Source: an uncultured cyanobacterium (GTDB lineage Bacteria > Cyanobacteriota > Cyanobacteriia > Cyanobacteriales > CAWCAG01). From it: a DNA stretch of 64,000 nucleotides. Shown here piece by piece: positions 1 to 9,516 of the stretch. The position numbers and the translations under genes were made by a program. The notes beneath the pieces are model-generated. The model ran no database searches. It was given only the letters and a program-made list of their open reading frames with translations, and had not been told where the DNA came from. The stretch lies in NCBI GenBank assembly GCA_963803805.1, contig CAWDOD010000009.1, positions 96,001 through 160,000 on the forward strand, given 5' to 3'. The stretch's first letter is position 1; every line of letters begins with the position of its first letter.

Positions 1-1143
1 TCTGGAAATAGTCTCGATATTGATGCTGATGGCAATATTTATTTGTCAGGTGTAACTGATAGTTTTAACCCTGAAGGGTCTGTGCTTCCTGTTTCGACAG
101 ACTTCTGGGTATCTAAATATGATTCTAATGGTAGTCAGCTTTGGTTTCAACAATTAGGAATGCTTGAGGACGGCAGCGAGTTTGATGAAAATTACAGCAA
201 TGCTGTTGATCAAAATGGCAATGTTTACTCTACAGGATTTACAACAAGCGATTTAGCAAGTCCTAATGCTGGTCTTTATGACGTTTGGCTGACCAAACAT
301 GATACAAACGGTCAGCTAGAGTGGATTAGGCAATTTGGCACTGAGGATTATGAATGGGCTTGGGGAGTAGATACTGACAGCCAAGATGACATTTACTTAG
401 GGGGATATACTCTCGGAAATCTTGGAGGAACTAATGCAGGTTCTTTTGATGCTTGGCTAGCTAAATATGACAAACAAGGAAATCAGTTATGGACTCAGCA
501 GTTTGGTACTCCTGGAGATGACGAAGTTTTTAGCTTGAAGATTGATTCAAACGATAATATTTTCTTAGCAGGCTACACGGATGATAGTTTAGGAGGAACT
601 AATAGCGGTTCTTATGATGCTTGGGTAGCTAAATATGATAGCAATGGAGAACAAGCTTGGATTCAGCAGTTTGGCACTCCTCAGTTGGAACAAGCTTACG
701 ATATTACCTTCGATGATATTGGTAATCTCTATGTTACAGGAATCTCGGATGGCTCTTGGGGAGACTTTAATGCCGGGTCTTTTGATGCTTGGATAACGAA
801 GCTCGACATAGAATCTGGAAACATTGAAGCCTTTGGTAATCCTTTGCAACCAGTGCCGCCAGAAGTTATCTTACCTCCTACTGATAGAGGTGAACCTCTA
901 TTTACTGATGGGGAAATAGCTACTATTCTTGATAATTTTTTTCTGAATCTTTCTCTTGGGGGAATAAATCCGAGTCCTTATGCACCCTACACTCTTCCTT
1001 CCAACGAAATACCACCAAATTGGTATGTGTCTACTTCAACCCAAGTACCAGAACCATCTTTAGGAATCGGTATTCTTTTATTTGCTATCTCTGGGGTTAT
1101 TTCCAAGAAGGTACTAAAGTTTTGCATTTCACGAAGAAGGTAG
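1..1143 (+). CDS. SBBP-repeat beta-propeller secreted protein with C-terminal PEP-CTERM sorting signal (5' truncated by window edge)
   Basis: Repeated DAWxAKYDxxGxQxWxQQFGT / D-x-x-GNxYxxG blades; C-terminal QVPEPS + hydrophobic helix + basic tail; frame is open from position 1. Confidence 0.85.
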   Translation, partial: SGNSLDIDADGNIYLSGVTDSFNPEGSVLPVSTDFWVSKYDSNGSQLWFQQLGMLEDGSEFDENYSNAVDQNGNVYSTGFTTSDLASPNAGLYDVWLTKHDTNGQLEWIRQFGTEDYEWAWGVDTDSQDDIYLGGYTLGNLGGTNAGSFDAWLAKYDKQGNQLWTQQFGTPGDDEVFSLKIDSNDNIFLAGYTDDSLGGTNSGSYDAWVAKYDSNGEQAWIQQFGTPQLEQAYDITFDDIGNLYVTGISDGSWGDFNAGSFDAWITKLDIESGNIEAFGNPLQPVPPEVILPPTDRGEPLFTDGEIATILDNFFLNLSLGGINPSPYAPYTLPSNEIPPNWYVSTSTQVPEPSLGIGILLFAISGVISKKVLKFCISRRR

Positions 1144-1251
1144 TGCTTTTGATGAATGCAACTATCTGAAAGTAAACGTTTCTAACGTAGATGCGTTGAC
1201 TAGTTTCCAATTTTTAAATTAGTCCAACTTAATTTTTTAGGAGTTTTAACT

Positions 1252-3291
1252 ATGACTTTACGCGATGAATTAATAGAAGACAGATTCAGGGGTATTCAAA
1301 TTAGTGATTTACCTGATGTATTTGTAGGAGATACCAGTAACAATACTCTGGATGGAGATAGGGGAGGGGATGCAAACAAGATAACTATCTGTCTCGTAGA
1401 AGATCCTATATTTGGTATTTGTCTGATTGATGAAGAAGTTACTCTGCCTAATGGCGCTAATGACTTTATTTTCGGTTTTGGTGGCAGCGATACTATCCGA
1501 GGTGATATTAATGGGCCTGATTTACCAGGCAACGATATCATATTTGGAGACGGTGTTGTTGTTAACGAAGTTGGAATTGATGGAGACGACTTCATTAATG
1601 CTCAAGGAGGCGATGATATTGCCTTTGGTGGTGGTGCTGATGACACGCTCCTTGGTGGTAGTGGTAATGATATTTTGATAGGTGACTACCTACTTGGCTT
1701 TGAGTTTGCTATTCCTCCTATCACAATTGTTAATGACTTTATTGAAACTGGCAGCATCGAAGTTGGTGGGACTGGAAATGAAGGGAATGACTTTATCTCA
1801 GGAGGAGCAGGTGATGACCTTGCTATTGGAGATAGAGGTAATGATACGATCAATGGCGATGAAGGGAACGATTCTCTCATTGGTAGTGCTGATGACGACA
1901 TCATCAATGGTGGAGATGGAGATGATCTAATCATTGGTGACTATTTAGTGCCAGAAGGATTTTCAATATCTTCACCTGATGGGGATGAATTCACTATTGA
2001 TTTTGGTCCTGCGGGTAACGACATACTGTCAGGTGGTGCTGGTAACGATGTCATCTCAGGCGATGCTGGTATCGATACAGTGACTTATGCTCAAGATCCA
2101 AATGGAGTTACAGTCACTCTAGGTCTTCTGTTTATTCCGGGAGTTGGTAATGCTCAAGATGGTTTTGGTGGCAATGATCTTTTGTTCGGCATTGAGAACA
2201 TAACTGGTTCCTCATTTAATGATACTCTCACAGGTGACTTAGTAGGCAACGTTATTACCGCAGGCGCAGGGGATGACTTTGTATCTGGTGGTGAAGGTAA
2301 CGACACTCTCTTTGGCGAAGAGGGGAAAGATATCCTCAATGGCGATGGCGGTGACGATGTATTGAATGGAGGTAAGGGAGCCGATATTCTTAACGGTGGT
2401 TTCTTCGGCAGTGACACAGCATCCTATGCTACTTCAGATATTGGGGTAGAAGTAAGTTTGACCACAGGTACAGGTACTTCTGGCGATGCACGAGGGGACT
2501 GGCTGATTGACATTGAAAACCTCGAAGGTTCAAGGTTTGGAGACATTCTCACTGGTAACTCGTTCAATAACAAAATCTCCGGATTAGGAGGCGATGATAA
2601 GATTTATGGCGAAGCTGGAGATGATCAACTTTTTGGTCAACTAGGCGACGATTTCTTGTTTGGTGGATTAGGCAACGATGAACTTTTCGGTGAACAAGGA
2701 AGGGATGTACTCTTTGGTGAAGCAGGAGATGACCAACTTTTTGGTGGCAACGACCTTGACGAGTTAGATGGTGGTGCAGGGGATGACCGACTCTTCGGTG
2801 AAGCCGGCAATGATCGACTCTTTGGTGAAGCAGGGAATGACCAACTTTTTGGTGGTACTGGTAATGACACTATAGATGGCGGCACTGATGTAGATATTCT
2901 CTGGGGCGATGGAGGCAACGATGTTTTGTTAGGAAGAGCAGGAAACGATGCCCTCGACGGTGGTGATGGCAATGACGAACTCAACGGCGGTCAAGGTAAC
3001 GATATTCTAGAAGGCGGTCAAGGTAATGATATTCTAGAAGGCGGTCAAGGTCGGGATCTGTTCATACTTGCTCCTGGCCTTGGAGATGATACCATTGTCG
3101 ATTTTCAGGCTGAGCAAGATCTTCTAGGATTGAAAAATTATCTCACCTTTGGACAACTTAGCATTGTTCAAGGTACTGGAACTAATGCCGATAATTCCCT
3201 GATTAGTATTCAGGCTAGTGGTGAACTTTTAGCTACCCTAATTAATGTAGAAGCTAGTACTTTCACTGCTCAAAACTTTGTTGGTGTCTGA
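1252..3291 (+). CDS. RTX/hemolysin-type calcium-binding repeat protein (likely T1SS-secreted)
   Basis: Many GGxGxDxLx nonapeptides, IENxxGS motifs, C-terminal DTIVDF segment; AGGAG RBS upstream. Confidence 0.9.
   Translation: MTLRDELIEDRFRGIQISDLPDVFVGDTSNNTLDGDRGGDANKITICLVEDPIFGICLIDEEVTLPNGANDFIFGFGGSDTIRGDINGPDLPGNDIIFGDGVVVNEVGIDGDDFINAQGGDDIAFGGGADDTLLGGSGNDILIGDYLLGFEFAIPPITIVNDFIETGSIEVGGTGNEGNDFISGGAGDDLAIGDRGNDTINGDEGNDSLIGSADDDIINGGDGDDLIIGDYLVPEGFSISSPDGDEFTIDFGPAGNDILSGGAGNDVISGDAGIDTVTYAQDPNGVTVTLGLLFIPGVGNAQDGFGGNDLLFGIENITGSSFNDTLTGDLVGNVITAGAGDDFVSGGEGNDTLFGEEGKDILNGDGGDDVLNGGKGADILNGGFFGSDTASYATSDIGVEVSLTTGTGTSGDARGDWLIDIENLEGSRFGDILTGNSFNNKISGLGGDDKIYGEAGDDQLFGQLGDDFLFGGLGNDELFGEQGRDVLFGEAGDDQLFGGNDLDELDGGAGDDRLFGEAGNDRLFGEAGNDQLFGGTGNDTIDGGTDVDILWGDGGNDVLLGRAGNDALDGGDGNDELNGGQGNDILEGGQGNDILEGGQGRDLFILAPGLGDDTIVDFQAEQDLLGLKNYLTFGQLSIVQGTGTNADNSLISIQASGELLATLINVEASTFTAQNFVGV
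2986..3051 (+). repeat. Near-perfect 27-bp tandem duplication (about 2.4 copies) encoding GGQGNDILE
   Basis: ggcggtcaaggtaa(c/t)gatattctagaa repeated. Confidence 0.8.
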
Positions 3292-3443
3292 GTTCGGGTT
3301 TACCAATTTAATTTATGGTAGAGCTGAATATCGATTCTCGTAAATTGGAGGTTGCACGGGCTAACTTCTATCCACAGCATAGTAATCGGGCAGAGTTTAT
3401 CGAGAGGAGATGCTTATGCTCTGCCTTTTGATGATAATTCGTG

Positions 3444-3598
3444 GGTAGTCATGTAGAGGTAATGATAATAACATTGAGGAGAGAAAACCTGGTGAACGAA
3501 GAATGCTCTCCATGCTTAATTGTCCTCAATGTAACTCCCAGCAAGTTGTCAAAAATGGTCATATCCACAATGGCAAACAACGCTTTAAATGCCATGAG
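3444..3598 (+). mobile_element. IS1-family remnant: possible left end and InsA-like zinc-finger N-terminus
   Basis: ATG at 3512 reads MLNCPQCNSQQVVKNGHIHNGKQRFKCHE (CPxC...KNG...GKQRxKC, typical IS1 transposase N-terminus); GGTAGTCATGTAG at 3444 resembles an IS1 end; truncated. Confidence 0.65.
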
Positions 3599-4090
3599 TA
3601 CAGAGAAGCTTTAATTCGCTTCAATTGTTTGAGTGAGCCACCGAGCTTATAGAGATTCTCCACTAAATGATACCAGTCGAGAACTTCGCGCTTCTGTTGT
3701 TCGTGATTGAATTGGGCAATCAAATTCCAGACCCCAGCATGGCCATCCCCCAAGCAGGTCACCATTGCCGACAAAGGTTGCTCACTCACCCATTTAATCA
3801 GAGCTTCATTGTCTTGAAAGTATGCTCCGCACACCGAATCATTCAGACTCACTGCTTTGTAATCTCGCCACTCACACCCTGCTTGAGCCACTGCTTTCAA
3901 ACTCCTCTAATTTTTCCTTCGGTGTTTCTTCTTTGAGCAGTTTGGCTACTTCTTTGAGGTGATACTTCAGTTTCCGCTCTTGTGCTGGACTCATCTTCTG
4001 CTCTCCTTTTTTCTCTTCTGCCTCTAATCTCTCACAACTTTACTTTTTCCCTCCGGGTATTATTACTCATTACATTTTTGGGATGCTCCC
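3599..4090 (-). mobile_element. ISKra4-family transposase remnant (internally deleted, 3' truncated)
   Basis: Minus strand encodes MSPAQERKLKYHLKEVAKLLKEETPKEKLEEFES (from about 3994) joined out of frame to EWRDYKAV...CLGDGHAGVWNL...EVLDWYHLVENLYK; terminal GGGAGCATCCCAAAA at 4090-4076. Confidence 0.75.
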
Positions 4091-4462
4091 GCTGATGTTT
4101 CTCATATCGCACACTGTTGCCAGTGTAGTTTTTCTCATTCTGCGATCGCCTCACCCCGCAGTTTTGAAGAAGCAGGCTCTCATTACATTCTTATGTTCTC
4201 TCATAAAGATAGGAAACTTGCATTCACACTTACTGAAAAAGAGAATTTTATGCCAAGTGACAAAGATTATATTGATAGTTTTATAACGAAAATTAAGGGG
4301 AATATTACTTTAGGCAAGCACTTAATTGATAATATTTTAAGTTGTACATACATACATGAAATCAGTTTAAATCTTATAGCTTCTGCTATAGTTGAAGCAT
4401 TTTATGAATGCTATACAGGCGAAGAAGGATTCATAAATATAGATTACCTCTTTGAAAGTTAA
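4091..4462 (+). pseudogene. Hypothetical protein, probably 3' remnant of a gene cut by the IS
   Basis: The frame of ORF 4193..4462 stays open upstream to the IS end at 4090; no recognisable domain. Confidence 0.3.
4142..4149. repeat. HIP1 octamer GCGATCGC (one example of many in the window)
   Basis: Recurs throughout, e.g. near 4787, 5777, 10013, 13011, 25512, 37480, 53320, 63566; marker of cyanobacterial DNA. Confidence 0.8.
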
Positions 4463-4553
4463 AATACCCCTGTTTTTCTGTATTCAAAAATTAAGCTTAT
4501 ATAAAAGCCAATATTTTATATAAATAAGTAACTTAGAAAAATGGTATGAATAA

Positions 4554-5069
4554 ATGGAGAAAAGATTAGCTAATCTTTTGATTCGACCAGGAATAAAGCA
4601 AGATTTTGCAGCAGTTGCTGCTATTTATAATCAGTCTATTGCTGCTGGAAATAGCACGATGGATGAGAACTTTTATACTGCTAAGGATATGGAAGCGCGC
4701 TTAAAAAAATTCGATGAACGAGAGACTATTTTAGTTGCTCAAAAAGAACAGCAAGTTATTGGTTGGGGAACAATTAAAAAATATAGCGATCGCCCAGGAT
4801 ATAGATTTTGTTGCGAGACTTCTATTTATTTTTCTTTAACAGAAACAGGTCAAGGTTATGGTCGAATTTTACAAACAGCATTATTAGAGAAAGTTAGAGA
4901 ATTTGGCTATCACCATATTGTTGCTAAAATTTTTGCTTCTAATCAAGGAAGTATTGCTTTTCATCAGCAATTTGGCTTTGAGGTTGTAGGAGTGCAAAAA
5001 GAAATTGGTTATATTCAAGAAAGTTGGCAAGATATTATCATTATGCAGCTTGTTATGAACCGGATTTAG
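4554..5069 (+). CDS. GNAT N-acetyltransferase (phosphinothricin/YncA-like)
   Basis: IYN, ETSIY, GQGYG acetyl-CoA motif, NQGSIAFHQQFGF, VGVQKEIG. Confidence 0.85.
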   Translation: MEKRLANLLIRPGIKQDFAAVAAIYNQSIAAGNSTMDENFYTAKDMEARLKKFDERETILVAQKEQQVIGWGTIKKYSDRPGYRFCCETSIYFSLTETGQGYGRILQTALLEKVREFGYHHIVAKIFASNQGSIAFHQQFGFEVVGVQKEIGYIQESWQDIIIMQLVMNRI

Positions 5070-5144
5070 CATAACTCTCCTCAAGGCGCAGACTTAGTTT
5101 GCTACCAATCTTTTTACTTTTAGGAAGTTTCCTTTTGTTTAGCT

Positions 5145-7061
5145 CTACCCAGTAATTAACTGCAATAGCTCACCCGTGGACATCTTACCACTCATATTGC
5201 TATCTTCGAGAAGGCTATCAGCTAAATCTCTTTTGTGATGATGCAGTGCCACAATTTTATCTTCAATAGTATCCTTAGCCACCAGACGATAAATAGTTAC
5301 AGGCCTTTGCTGTCCAAGGCGATGGGCCCGATCTGAAGCTTGGTCTTCTACAGCAGGATTCCACCAAGGGTCCATGTGAATAACATAATCCGCCGCAGTG
5401 AGGTTTAGACCTGTCCCACCAGCTTTAAGACTAATTAAGAAAACTTCCCCTTCTCCAGCTTGAAAAGCCTTAACCCGTTTCTGACGCTTGGGATTGGGGG
5501 TGCTGCCATCCAAATATTGGTAAAGAACTTCTTGCTCATCTAAATAAGCACGAATAATTTGTAAATGACTGACAAACTGACTGAATATCAAAGCTTTGTG
5601 ACCATTTTCTCTCAATTCAGCTAGTATCTCCCCAAAAACTTGTAACTTAGAACCAGGAAGATCAGTTTCAGGCATAACCAAACTAGGATGACAACAACAG
5701 CGACGTAACTTCATCAACTCTGCTAAAACTTGCAAATGTTTCTGGCCAGCAGTAGCATCACTATCATTGAGTTTAGCGATCGCTTCCCGACGTAGAGCCT
5801 CGTAAAGGGCCATCTCCTCTTTAGTCAACTCCACGTGCAAAGTAATCTCTGTACGAGAAGGTAACTCTGTAAGTACTTGGCTCTTAGTACGTCTTAGTAG
5901 GAAAGGTTGCAGTAACTTTTTCAGAGTACTGCGAGCTTGCTTATCCTTTTGTTTCTCAATAGGTATAGCAAAGTTTTGATTAAAATCCTTGAGGGAACCA
6001 AGTAGTCCGGGGTTAATGAAGCGGAAGAGATTCCACAACTCCCCCAAGTGGTTTTCTAAAGGAGTACCTGTAGTAATCAGCTTAAATTGCCCTTGAAGTT
6101 TCATCGCGGCTTGGGAGCGCTTAGTAGCAAAATTTTTAATAAATTGCCCTTCATCAAGAACAATATTTTGCCATGCCACCTCAGACAATATTTGCGCCAC
6201 TTCTTCCTGTTGCAGCAAACCATAGCTACAAACCAGTAAATCAAAGGACTTTAACTGAGCAAGAACTTTTTGTCGGTCTGCACTGCCAAATTGTTTGGGG
6301 TTAAGAGTGGGTGCAAAGCGCTTTGTTTCACTAAGCCAGTTGTAACACACTGAAGTAGGTGCAACAACTAGAGTCGGACCTTCACTAGCTCGAAGCAGAA
6401 TAGCAGCTAGGGCTTGCAAAGTTTTACCTAAACCCATATCATCAGCTAAGCAAGCACCAACTCCCCAATGGGAAAGACGTGCCAACCAGCGAAATCCTTC
6501 TATTTGGTAATCTCGTAGTTCTGCTTTAAGGGTAGAAGGTACTTCTGGTTCTAGATGCTCTATTTCCCGAAGTTTTTTGAGATGTTGCCGCCAATGCTTA
6601 TCAGCTTTGACTTGACCAACCTCATCAAAGAAATCTTCTAAAGCTAAACCTGCTAAAGGATGAAAACGTCGCCCCTGCTTATGTTTTTCTGAAAAAGCTT
6701 GAAATTCACTCAGGCGATCGCGAAAGGCTTGGGTAAGAGCAATAAATTGGCCATCCCCCAGAGGAACAAAGCGCCCTGGACTTTGTTTTAATAGTTCCAG
6801 CAATTGCTGCATATCCATTACCAGATCATCAGCTAGTTTGAGCTTGCCGCTAGCAGCAAACCAGTCCTGTTGCCGACTAATTTTGAGTTGAAGGTTATCA
6901 AAACCAGCAGAGTGACTCACCTTCATTTTTTCTCCTTCTGGCCAAGCTATAACCACTCTATCTTCCAACTCCTTCAGCTCTAGGAGCAACTCCAAGCAGT
7001 CTTCTGCTTCTTCTATGAACCATTCACCATCTTCTGCGGAGTAGCCTTTAAGAAAGGACAA
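5145..7061 (-). CDS. SNF2/SWI2-family helicase, C-terminal part (frameshift-split)
   Basis: LRDYQ, LADDMGLGKT, DEGQ, TGTPLENHL, LRRTK, DPWWNPAVEDQASDRAHRLGQ. Confidence 0.85.
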   Translation of the reverse strand: MSFLKGYSAEDGEWFIEEAEDCLELLLELKELEDRVVIAWPEGEKMKVSHSAGFDNLQLKISRQQDWFAASGKLKLADDLVMDMQQLLELLKQSPGRFVPLGDGQFIALTQAFRDRLSEFQAFSEKHKQGRRFHPLAGLALEDFFDEVGQVKADKHWRQHLKKLREIEHLEPEVPSTLKAELRDYQIEGFRWLARLSHWGVGACLADDMGLGKTLQALAAILLRASEGPTLVVAPTSVCYNWLSETKRFAPTLNPKQFGSADRQKVLAQLKSFDLLVCSYGLLQQEEVAQILSEVAWQNIVLDEGQFIKNFATKRSQAAMKLQGQFKLITTGTPLENHLGELWNLFRFINPGLLGSLKDFNQNFAIPIEKQKDKQARSTLKKLLQPFLLRRTKSQVLTELPSRTEITLHVELTKEEMALYEALRREAIAKLNDSDATAGQKHLQVLAELMKLRRCCCHPSLVMPETDLPGSKLQVFGEILAELRENGHKALIFSQFVSHLQIIRAYLDEQEVLYQYLDGSTPNPKRQKRVKAFQAGEGEVFLISLKAGGTGLNLTAADYVIHMDPWWNPAVEDQASDRAHRLGQQRPVTIYRLVAKDTIEDKIVALHHHKRDLADSLLEDSNMSGKMSTGELLQLITG

Positions 7062-9340
7062 GCAGTAATAGCTTCCTGAGCAAGTGCTTGTTCTTTTTGA
7101 AGATCGCGGCTAGTTTGCAGACGCTGGCCTTTAATTTCGGTAATAACTGTTGCTCCTCCTTGACCAGGGTAATAGTAGGATTGTCCTTGAGCAAAAGGAC
7201 AAGTGAGTATTGTTAGCTTCAAGCCATCTCCTGCGGGCAAAATATGAATGTGAGGAGTCGGGTCTGCATTTACTTCCACTGCATTTTCAAGTTCCGCATC
7301 AATGTCAGAATGTACAGTGACGCTGTGGGAAACACCATTAAGAGCGGCTAAAACCTGTTCTTTGGCTGTACTGGGAACTTCCAAGCGATTTTTCTGACCG
7401 AGAAGGGTTGCAATACGGCGATGTTCTTCTTTGATTTCAATTACTCTGATCCTAGTGAGGGTTTCTTTTATTACTACCAAGTCCTCATCTTCTTGGGGTT
7501 GAGGAGATAATTCTAGAATAATTTTTCCCTGATTCTTTTGTTTAACCATAAATTTTGGTTCTCCTTTCACTACTTCTACAGGAGTAGTAGGGCTATCTTC
7601 CCAAAAAACAAGAGGATGACCAATTAAAGGGAGCATCGCTTTTTTATTAAAGGTGTATTCGGTAGTGCGAGAGTACCGATAACCACCGGAGGAATAACCT
7701 TCAATCAGATTACAGATTTTAATGTCTTGAGGTGTTAAATAATTAAAAGAATCCAGGTCTTTATAAAGGCGTTTGAGGGCAATAACTCGGCCCTTACTCC
7801 ATTCTCCTTTGGCATTGATTTTCTGCTCTCTGGGTTGAAGTAACCAGCTATTAGAGTAGAGAGTAATAAACCAAGCCAGACGTTGAGTTGTTGCTGAAGT
7901 CTGAGGCTGCTGTAAATTGGCAAGGGCATTTAAGGAAAGTTCCCAAGGTTCTTGAAGACGTATTATCTCCACTAGAGGGGTAATTTGTTCATCCTGGCGC
8001 AGGATTGCTGCTTGTGTATCGTAGCTGCTGCGGGGTTTGATGCGGGCTAATATTTCCGCGGCTTCCATTGCTAACCAGTTATAGCCGCCATTGCTAGCTT
8101 GTTTATAGAAGCTCAAGAGTTTAGCTGGACGCTTTTTTAGCTCTTCTACATCGACCCAGTAGAGGCACAGTAGGCAAAAGAATTTTTCCCAACTATTGTA
8201 GTCTGGCCCAAACTCATTATAAACTTCGTGCAGTAACTCTTGTTGCTCAATATTTCCCTGACGGACTTTAATAACTATTGCTAAGAGTGTGTAGGTCAGC
8301 TTTAACCAAGAGTGATAGTCTTCGGAGACAAGGTTGGCATAGGTTTGTGCTTCTTGGAGAGATTGGGGTGAGCCGTCTTTGAGTAAGGCAAGTAGAAAAA
8401 ATACACCGCTAATTGTATTAAAGTAAATTTTACGTTTACTTCTTCTTTTCCGAAGGCTTTTGAGGGCTTTTTTATAGTAGGCAATAGCTTGCGGATAGTC
8501 ACCACGCAATACCTTTAACCATCCCCAGAATACAGCACCGCCTTCATTATTATGAGGTAAATTAGTTAAAATCTGCTCCGCTTCTTGGAGATGGCCCCGT
8601 ATAATTAACTGTTCTATCAAAACTAAACGAAGGAAATTGCTTTGTTTTTCTCCTCCTCGATAATACTCTTCCCGCAACAGGGTAAATGCTTCTTCTACCC
8701 GAATAAGCTCTTTGGTTGCTGTAATAAGAATATTCGATAAGGCAGTTTCAAACATCTGGAATGGTAGGGTGCGAAACCATTCGGGATCAAAAGGATTATT
8801 GCAAACTTCTAGGAAGAGGCGCTCAAGAATTTTATCTGGCTTACCATAGTTGAAGCGCTCATAACTTTCTATAACTTTACCCATCAGTGACCAATCATGA
8901 CTATAAATAGCGAGACGCGCTACCTGTAAAAACTGTTGTTCACTCCGTAGATAAAGGGAACCATGTTGCTTACGGGGTAATAACTTCTCTTTCACTACTT
9001 CAACCAGGGCTACAAAGCTGCCTACTTTAATCGCATCACGGGTAATTATTTCCACCACCAGGGGATTGCATCGCGCCCCTTGATTACCTTTTTGGAGTAA
9101 TAGACCCTCTTCGAGTAAATTGTCTAGATGGAGTTTTAAGCTTTGTTGAGTAAACGACTGATACTGTTTATCTTTTTGAGCTAATTGCTGCCAACAATCT
9201 AGTACTAAACTCCTTGAAGCTGACCCATAAATAAGGGAGAATAGTTGTAGAATCATTTGCTCAACGGTGGGTAAGTCACTATAAACCGTGATTAGTTCCT
9301 GGCGTAATGGCGTAATGGAGTCTACACTGATATCAGTCAT
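7013..9340 (-). CDS. N-terminal part of the large cyanobacterial SNF2 helicase (TPR-like region), frameshift-split
   Basis: Overlaps the helicase ORF by 49 bp in an adjacent frame; the junction reads through if one T is added at about 7053. Confidence 0.7.
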   Translation of the reverse strand: MTDISVDSITPLRQELITVYSDLPTVEQMILQLFSLIYGSASRSLVLDCWQQLAQKDKQYQSFTQQSLKLHLDNLLEEGLLLQKGNQGARCNPLVVEIITRDAIKVGSFVALVEVVKEKLLPRKQHGSLYLRSEQQFLQVARLAIYSHDWSLMGKVIESYERFNYGKPDKILERLFLEVCNNPFDPEWFRTLPFQMFETALSNILITATKELIRVEEAFTLLREEYYRGGEKQSNFLRLVLIEQLIIRGHLQEAEQILTNLPHNNEGGAVFWGWLKVLRGDYPQAIAYYKKALKSLRKRRSKRKIYFNTISGVFFLLALLKDGSPQSLQEAQTYANLVSEDYHSWLKLTYTLLAIVIKVRQGNIEQQELLHEVYNEFGPDYNSWEKFFCLLCLYWVDVEELKKRPAKLLSFYKQASNGGYNWLAMEAAEILARIKPRSSYDTQAAILRQDEQITPLVEIIRLQEPWELSLNALANLQQPQTSATTQRLAWFITLYSNSWLLQPREQKINAKGEWSKGRVIALKRLYKDLDSFNYLTPQDIKICNLIEGYSSGGYRYSRTTEYTFNKKAMLPLIGHPLVFWEDSPTTPVEVVKGEPKFMVKQKNQGKIILELSPQPQEDEDLVVIKETLTRIRVIEIKEEHRRIATLLGQKNRLEVPSTAKEQVLAALNGVSHSVTVHSDIDAELENAVEVNADPTPHIHILPAGDGLKLTILTCPFAQGQSYYYPGQGGATVITEIKGQRLQTSRDLQKEQALAQEAITACPFLKATPQKMVNGS

Positions 9341-9516
9341 GGTTAGGAAATCAAACTAGTTTAGTAGAGCGGATTAAAGGTAATTTAAGTTAATACTAAA
9401 GTACATTGTGACCAGAGAATCCGTTCTATCCTAGGGTGGGTTTCTTTAAGATAATCTTTTCTCTCAACTCTCAGCTTTAAGAGCGGAACCCACCATCCCC
9501 ATTATTAAATATGCCG

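Noticed and set aside
1296..2984. Ser/Pro-rich antisense ORFs inside the RTX gene
   Set aside because: Antisense shadows of Gly/Asp-rich codons
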